A DNA stretch of 64,000 nucleotides from Promethearchaeota archaeon (GTDB lineage Archaea; Asgardarchaeota; Lokiarchaeia; Sigyniarchaeales; SOKP01), in contig JAEOTZ010000070.1 in the NCBI GenBank assembly GCA_016839585.1, forward strand, positions 1-64,000. Reading direction: 5' to 3'. The notes beneath the pieces are model-generated. The model had not been told where the DNA came from. It was given only the letters and a program-made list of their open reading frames with translations, and did not search any database. Shown here in pieces: positions 58,335 through 64,000 of this stretch (position 1 is its first letter; the number at the start of each line of letters is the position of its first letter). Made by a program: the position numbers and the translations under genes.

Positions 58335-58575
58335 CAATGAAATTATTTCAGTTACAGTCAAATTCTTTGCTACATTAAGGAAATTTGGGCCAGCTAAGGA
58401 AAATCTGATAATTCCAGAAGATAGTAATATAAGATTTTTATTTGAAAAATATAAAATTCCAAGAGAAGAACGAAGAACTATAATTATGGTTAATGGAAGA
58501 CCACATCAGGATAAGAGTACAGTGCTTAAAGATGGAGATATTATTGCGATTTTCCCACCTATAGGTGGAGGTTAA
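58327..58575 (+). CDS. MoaD/SAMP sulfur carrier
   Basis: VKFFATLR...VNG...LKDGDIIAIFPPIGGG. Confidence 0.9.
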   Translation: MINNEIISVTVKFFATLRKFGPAKENLIIPEDSNIRFLFEKYKIPREERRTIIMVNGRPHQDKSTVLKDGDIIAIFPPIGGG

Positions 58576-58818
58576 AAGGTTTTTTTAATAATCCTTTTTT
58601 TTTTATTTTTAAGATAATTACTTGTGTTTGACTAAAGAACGTACATATCTAATTTTTGAGCTATTTTTAAAATTATTAACATTACTTTTAAGTAAGAATT
58701 TTAAAAACATATATTAAAGAAGTATTCTAAATAATATCCAAATAAAGAGAAAGATTGTACCTTTAAAATTTCAAAAGAGTTTTTTGAATAAGTGTAAAAT
58801 GATTAATATGTAAAAATT

Positions 58819-61188
58819 TTGGTGAATTTAATGACATCTATAGAAAAACTTTTAATAAATTCTGAAGAATATATTAGAAAACTATTTGAAGGAATCCCAA
58901 TCCCTATATATGTTTGGCAACGTCATGATAACGACTTTATTTTAGTAGATTATAATGATGCTACAAATAGAGACTTAACAGGAAAATTTAAAAAAAAAAT
59001 TGGTGTAAAAGCTTCAGAATTTTATAAAGATAATCCTAAAATTATACAAGATTTAAATAAATGTTTTATTAAACAGAAAAACATATCTAAAGAGATAGAC
59101 TATACCGTTAAATCAACTCAAGAATTAAGATCTTTAAGTATAAGATATAGTTTTATTCCTCCTGAGTTAGTTTTAATACATTTAGAAGATATTACTGAAA
59201 AAAGATTTGCTAAGCAAAAAATAATAGCTTCAGAAATGAAATGTAAACAATTAAATAAAGAACTTGAGCAAAAAGTAAAGGAAAGAACTAAAGAGTTGGA
59301 AGAATCTGAAGAAAAATATCGAACCGTAGTAGAAAAATCACTACAGGGAATTTGTATACTTCAAGATATTAAATTTATTTTTACCAATAATGCTTTAGCT
59401 GAAATCTTGGGATATTCAGTTAATGAATTATATTCTTTGTCTACTGAAGAAGTAGTGAATCTTATTTACATTGAGGATAGAAATTTTGTGTTGAAACGTC
59501 ATAAAGAGCGCTTAAAGGGTAAAAAGGTTCCATCACATTATGCTTTTCGAGTTATTAGAAAAAATAAAGAAATAAGATGGGTAGAAATGTATGCTACTCT
59601 TATTGAGTACGACGGAAAGCCTGCTGTGCAGGAACTCTTTATCGATATCACTGAAAAAAAGTTAGCCGAAGTGAAATTAAAAGAATCTGAAGCAAAATAT
59701 CGAGCCATGACTGAGTTATTACCTGATATAATTTATGAAGCTGATTTGAATTTAAACATTACTTATGTTAATCCAATTGGATTTAAAAAGTTCGGATATA
59801 CTCCTGAGGATCTTAACAGAGGTGTTAATATCAAGAATTTAGTATCTCCAGAATATGCTGAGAAAGCATTCTCTACAATAAAATCCATTTTTAAAAGAAA
59901 CATAACTGAACCTACTGAATATTTAATGGTAAGAAAAAATGGGACAAAATTTTATGCCAGAGTTCATTCCAGACCGATAATAAAAAATGAAAAAGTAGTT
60001 GGATTAAGAGGTACTGTAACTGATATAAATGATATGGTCATTGCTGAACAAAAATTAAAAGAATCAGAAAATCACCTCCAAGAAAGAGTTAAAGAACTCA
60101 ATTGCTTATATGGAATCTCTAAGATTGCTGAAAGCCCTAACATATCATATAAAGAATTAATCTTGGAAACTCTAAAACTTATTCCGCCAGCGTGGCAAAC
60201 TCCGGATATTACATATGCTCGAATAATTTATGAAGATATGGAGTATAAAACGAAAGATTTTAAAGAATCAAATTGGAAATTAGCAACTAACATTGAAATT
60301 AATAAGAAACCTATGGATATTGAAGTTTATTATCATATTGACAAAGTACAATTTCTAAAAGAAGAAGAATACTTAATTAAAGAGATTGGAAAGCGGTTAA
60401 AAACCATCATTGAAAAGAAGATATCAGAGAAAAAATTAAAAGAATCAGAAAAATTATATCGTGAAGCTTTCAATCGTGCTAGTTTCTATAAAGATCTTTT
60501 TGCTCATGATATTAATAATATTCTACAAATTATGAATTCTTCAGCAGAACTCATATCGCTCCAGCTTAAGGATTCTGATCGGATAGAGGATATAGAAAAT
60601 ATTGCGAATATAATCAAGAAACAAGTTAATAGAGGTACAAAATTGGTTAATAACGTTAGACTTCTTTCTGAACTTGAAGAAAGCGAAATTTCGATTCAAC
60701 CTACTAAGGCTTGCGATATATTGTTAAAATCAGTTGAATATGTTAAAAAGGCTTATAGTGATAGAGAGATAAATATTAAGATAGAATGTTCTGACGATGA
60801 GATATATATTATAGCAAATGAACTCCTCCAAGATGTCTTTGAAAATATTTTAATCAATGCGATAAAATATAATGAAAATCCATCTATTGACATATTAATT
60901 AATGCCTATAGATGGACATATGAAAACAATCCATATTATAGATTTGAATTTATCGATAACGGAATTGGAATTCAAGATGAGAGAAAGAAAATTATCTTTG
61001 AAAGAAAAAATGGAGATTTAAGAAGTGATAAGGGTATGGGGCTTGGACTTTCTTTAGTTAGTAAAATTGTCAATTATTATCACGGAAAAATTTGGATAGA
61101 GGATAAAGTAAAAGGGGATTATTCTAAAGGGAGTAAATTTGTTATAATATTACCAGAATCAAATGATCTAACTCTAAAAAAAAATTGA
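58819..61188 (+). CDS. Multi-PAS sensor histidine kinase
   Basis: Three PAS domains; FAHDINN H-box, NILINAIKY, DNGIGI, GMGLGLS. Confidence 0.92.
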   Translation: MVNLMTSIEKLLINSEEYIRKLFEGIPIPIYVWQRHDNDFILVDYNDATNRDLTGKFKKKIGVKASEFYKDNPKIIQDLNKCFIKQKNISKEIDYTVKSTQELRSLSIRYSFIPPELVLIHLEDITEKRFAKQKIIASEMKCKQLNKELEQKVKERTKELEESEEKYRTVVEKSLQGICILQDIKFIFTNNALAEILGYSVNELYSLSTEEVVNLIYIEDRNFVLKRHKERLKGKKVPSHYAFRVIRKNKEIRWVEMYATLIEYDGKPAVQELFIDITEKKLAEVKLKESEAKYRAMTELLPDIIYEADLNLNITYVNPIGFKKFGYTPEDLNRGVNIKNLVSPEYAEKAFSTIKSIFKRNITEPTEYLMVRKNGTKFYARVHSRPIIKNEKVVGLRGTVTDINDMVIAEQKLKESENHLQERVKELNCLYGISKIAESPNISYKELILETLKLIPPAWQTPDITYARIIYEDMEYKTKDFKESNWKLATNIEINKKPMDIEVYYHIDKVQFLKEEEYLIKEIGKRLKTIIEKKISEKKLKESEKLYREAFNRASFYKDLFAHDINNILQIMNSSAELISLQLKDSDRIEDIENIANIIKKQVNRGTKLVNNVRLLSELEESEISIQPTKACDILLKSVEYVKKAYSDREINIKIECSDDEIYIIANELLQDVFENILINAIKYNENPSIDILINAYRWTYENNPYYRFEFIDNGIGIQDERKKIIFERKNGDLRSDKGMGLGLSLVSKIVNYYHGKIWIEDKVKGDYSKGSKFVIILPESNDLTLKKN

Positions 61189-61193
61189 TTAAA

Positions 61194-61403
61194 TTAAAGT
61201 CCTAATTCTTCTACTTTAATTTTATTTTCAGCAGCTTTTTCTTTGGATATCTTGTACATGAGAGCAAAAGCGATTGTGCCTATTAAAAATATTATCATTG
61301 GAATTATCGATATTTGAAAAAGCAAACCAAACTTAGCAACATTACTATTTCCTGTGTCAAGATCAGGATCATAGTCCGTTATTCCCGAAACTATGGCAAA
61401 TAT
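61194..61403 (-). pseudogene. C-terminal remnant of a GPH/MFS sugar transporter
   Basis: IFAIVSGITDYDP...AKFGLLFQISIIP...YKISKEKAAENKIKVEELGL*; no upstream gene body. Confidence 0.6.
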
Positions 61404-61521
61404 GTGCCAATTTATGATTTAATGTTAAGTGATTATGATTTCTGAGATTAAACTATTTATAGATTTTTATTAAGATTCAAAATAAAAATAGAATTTAACT
61501 ATAATTAATAAAGTTTTTTTC

Positions 61522-61775
61522 CTAGGATTTCATCCAATTTTCTTTAAGAATAGAATAAAAATAAGTATCTAAGAATTCTCCATCAATAAATACATCTTGT
61601 TTCAATACTAGAAATTTTTTTATTTCTTCAACAGTTTGAGGCAATACACTTCGAGCATATATGCGTACTTTAGGGTTATTGACCATTTTGAATAAAGATC
61701 AACATGATTAGAGTTTAAAGGTAGAAGATCAATTAATTCACCTTTGATAAATATATGAACTTCTGAATTTTCCAT
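61522..61775 (-). pseudogene. RimJ/RimL-type GNAT acetyltransferase remnant
   Basis: MENSEVHIFIKGELIDLLPL..LYSKW / NNPKVR..(core missing)..LKQDVFIDGEFLDTYFYSILKENW*; frameshift plus internal deletion. Confidence 0.65.
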
Positions 61776-61885
61776 ATTTTAATCAATTCTTCTGAATTTA
61801 TTTAAAGTAAAACCTATTAAAAAAGAATAATTAAGCTCTTCAAGTTAATGGAATGTTTAAATTTAAACTTAAAAATTACGAAAAA

Positions 61886-63076
61886 TTAAAGATATTCATT
61901 TTTTACTCTTGTAAATAAAGTAAAAATTAGAATCATTATTCCTATTATTATAAACACTACAAAGGGATTCCATTCCACAATAAGTCCAATAAATGGATAA
62001 GCAATAGCCATTAGAAAGCTTCCAAACATGTTTATAGTGCTAAGAACTGTTGCTCTATTTTCTGATTCGATTTGTTTATTAATTCCATTAATATATATCA
62101 GATATCTGGGATACCCAAAAGCAACTATTACTAAAAGAAAAAGGATTCCTAAGATAGGATTTACAGTAAATCCTAATAAAATAAAAGCAGTACCAATTAT
62201 TAGATTAACTGTAATTAAAAATAATAACTTCTTTTTAAACAATTTTAAAAACCATGGTATTAAAAGCGTAAAAACCATGTTAATAACATTCATTAGTGCT
62301 AATATAAAACCAAACCATAACCTATGAATATTAACTTCTTCTAGATATATTTGATATGTCCAAAATAGAAAAAAAGTTAAAACTCCTATAAATACTCTGT
62401 CAAAACATAAAATTCTCAATATTTTATTTTTCCTTAATTCATGAAAACCATCCTTTAAAATGGTTAAGTATCTCTGAGATTTCTTCTCATGTTCAATTTT
62501 AGGTTCTTTAAAAGTTAATGATGTGAGAAAACCTCCGATATAAATAAATGAAAGGCAAGTCATAGTAAATTTTAAGGAAATATATTCGGCGATAATGCCC
62601 CCCAGTGGTGCAGATATTGTTAAAGCTATTAAATTAATTGTTTGAATTCTTCCTAAAATACTAGGAAGTCTTTTTTCTTCGTTCATTGTTTTCAATGTAT
62701 TAAATGTGAATGCTTCTTGTGTACCTGAGAATAAAGCAGAGCTAAAAGCCCAAAATGTCTCGGCTAAAAAGAATAAAAGAAGATTGGGTGCAATACTATA
62801 AGTAAAAGCAGCTATAGCAACAGATAGAGCAGATAACATCAATGCTATATTTCTACCTATATGATCCGCAATAGCTCCTGAGGGGATTTCAAGAAGAAAA
62901 ATCATTAACATAAAATAACTTTGTAGGATCATAATCTGAAAGAATGTCAGACCACCCCAATCCATCATAAACGGTATGTAAACCCCCCTCACCGTATGAA
63001 TTCCCATAATAAAATAGAAAATATATAACTTGTTTATATTAGACTTATATTTTTTTACTAGAGGGGTGGGTTCCAT
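61886..63076 (-). CDS. MFS transporter
   Basis: LEIPSGAIADHIGR, SGT.EA, NKQIESENRATVLS; about 12 TM segments. Confidence 0.92.
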   Translation of the reverse strand: MEPTPLVKKYKSNINKLYIFYFIMGIHTVRGVYIPFMMDWGGLTFFQIMILQSYFMLMIFLLEIPSGAIADHIGRNIALMLSALSVAIAAFTYSIAPNLLLFFLAETFWAFSSALFSGTQEAFTFNTLKTMNEEKRLPSILGRIQTINLIALTISAPLGGIIAEYISLKFTMTCLSFIYIGGFLTSLTFKEPKIEHEKKSQRYLTILKDGFHELRKNKILRILCFDRVFIGVLTFFLFWTYQIYLEEVNIHRLWFGFILALMNVINMVFTLLIPWFLKLFKKKLLFLITVNLIIGTAFILLGFTVNPILGILFLLVIVAFGYPRYLIYINGINKQIESENRATVLSTINMFGSFLMAIAYPFIGLIVEWNPFVVFIIIGIMILIFTLFTRVKNEYL

Positions 63077-63232
63077 TATTTCAAAATAGTGTTATTAATT
63101 CCCTATGAAGAATAATCTATACAAATCTAGAGTTATATTTATTTATATTTACAACTCTTTAATGAAGAATTGATTTATTGAAAAGATATTAAAAAAAAAA
63201 GATTTTTAAAAATTTAGGTCATAATTTATGAT

Positions 63233-63445
63233 TTATAATAATTTCATTGCTAGGTTCATATCGTTGAGAGTTAATTTCTTTCTTCCTGCGTGTCGTGTCA
63301 TCTCAAGAGCTTTATTTGTTGCTCCCTTAGCCATTTTTTCTAAATAGTCAATTAAGGCATCAACAGCATCTCTAGCAACCATTTCAGCGCCATTATCTTT
63401 CATTAACTTTCGAACGGGCGACCAGGCAAAGATTTTCTTGGCCAT
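63233..63445 (-). CDS. Archaeal histone (HMf-like)
   Basis: SPVRKLMK..GAEMVARDA...HAGRKKLT..D; GGAGG SD. Confidence 0.92.
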   Translation of the reverse strand: MAKKIFAWSPVRKLMKDNGAEMVARDAVDALIDYLEKMAKGATNKALEMTRHAGRKKLTLNDMNLAMKLL

Positions 63446-63848
63446 CTTATTATTCCTCCACTTTTTATTTATTTTGGTTAATTTCCTCTTTTTTAGAGGA
63501 AATTTGAGTTTCTTTTTCTACTTTATAATTAAATTTTTTTAAAAAGTTTTTAATTTTTACAAAAAACTTCTTTAAATTATAATACTTTATTTAAATATAT
63601 AAAGATTACGGTAGATTACCGATACTATATGATAGGGTTAATAATTTCATCCGATCGACAAAATTGCGATGTCTGAGAAGAACATCCACAGATATAGTTC
63701 TGAGCCATTAGATCTGAGATTTTTTTTAATTTTAAAAATTGTAGTTAAATATGTCTAATAAATCACAATTTTGAACCAATTTTATAAAATCTAAATATAA
63801 ATAGGATATCTAAATAAACCAGTTATGAAATTTGTAGATTTGCTTAAT

Positions 63849-64000
63849 TTACACTTTATCCTTAATAGCACTAAGCATTACGTTTAATTGATCGAATACT
63901 TCTAGTTTATAGTCATCTCCAATTCTAAAGAATAGAAGATTTACAACTTCCTTTTTATCTAACTCTTCATCTACATTTAATTCTTCAATCAGCTGAGACC
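63849..64000 (-). CDS. 3' end of a hypothetical protein (5' part outside window)
   Basis: Open frame SQLIEELNVDEELDKKEVVNLLFFRIG...IKDKV*. Confidence 0.55.
   Translation of the reverse strand, partial: SQLIEELNVDEELDKKEVVNLLFFRIGDDYKLEVFDQLNVMLSAIKDKV

Noticed and set aside
1625-62327. Numerous 60-150 aa antisense or overlapping ORFs in the track
   Set aside because: They lie opposite or within well-supported genes and show no motifs

Overview
AT-rich archaeal chromosome segment, most likely Asgard Lokiarchaeia. Evidence: two Loki-CTERM-type IPGY-TM-K/R tails, a Loki-type N-terminal domain on a TPR protein, UGA-containing HdrA, an archaeal histone, an Sm protein and CDC48. Layout: (1) 1-9.5 kb housekeeping genes, including a longin-like / beta-propeller / mu-homology-like trio, glycerate kinase and lpdA. 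(2) A 23.7 kb island integrated into the 3' end of lpdA, bounded by an 89-bp perfect direct repeat (9328-9416 / 33057-33145). It has no recognisable integrase. It carries an acidic-repeat tandem-HNH-wHTH nuclease, an intact and a degenerate HerA/VirB4-like ATPase, an orphan Cas6 + CARF-HEPN pair beside one solitary 37-nt CRISPR-like repeat, and surface proteins. (3) 33.9-50.8 kb redox cluster: HdrA with two in-frame UGA (Sec) codons and a 3' stem-loop, CDC48, an FrhB-NfnB fusion with NfnA, MtdB-like dehydrogenase, a wHTH-HdrA-MvhD fusion and a group 3 [NiFe] hydrogenase with CTG starts. (4) 50.8-64 kb: an Sm/Lsm gene missed by the ORF track and interrupted by a 30-nt bulge-helix-bulge intron containing an in-frame stop, tRNA-Arg(CCT) with a 30-nt T-loop BHB intron, CocE, AOR/MoaD, a PAS kinase, an MFS transporter and a histone. 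The strongest novelty candidates are the BHB mRNA intron in the Sm gene, the integrase-less lpdA-targeting island and the Cas6/solitary-repeat/CARF module. All calls were made by eye; no searches were run.
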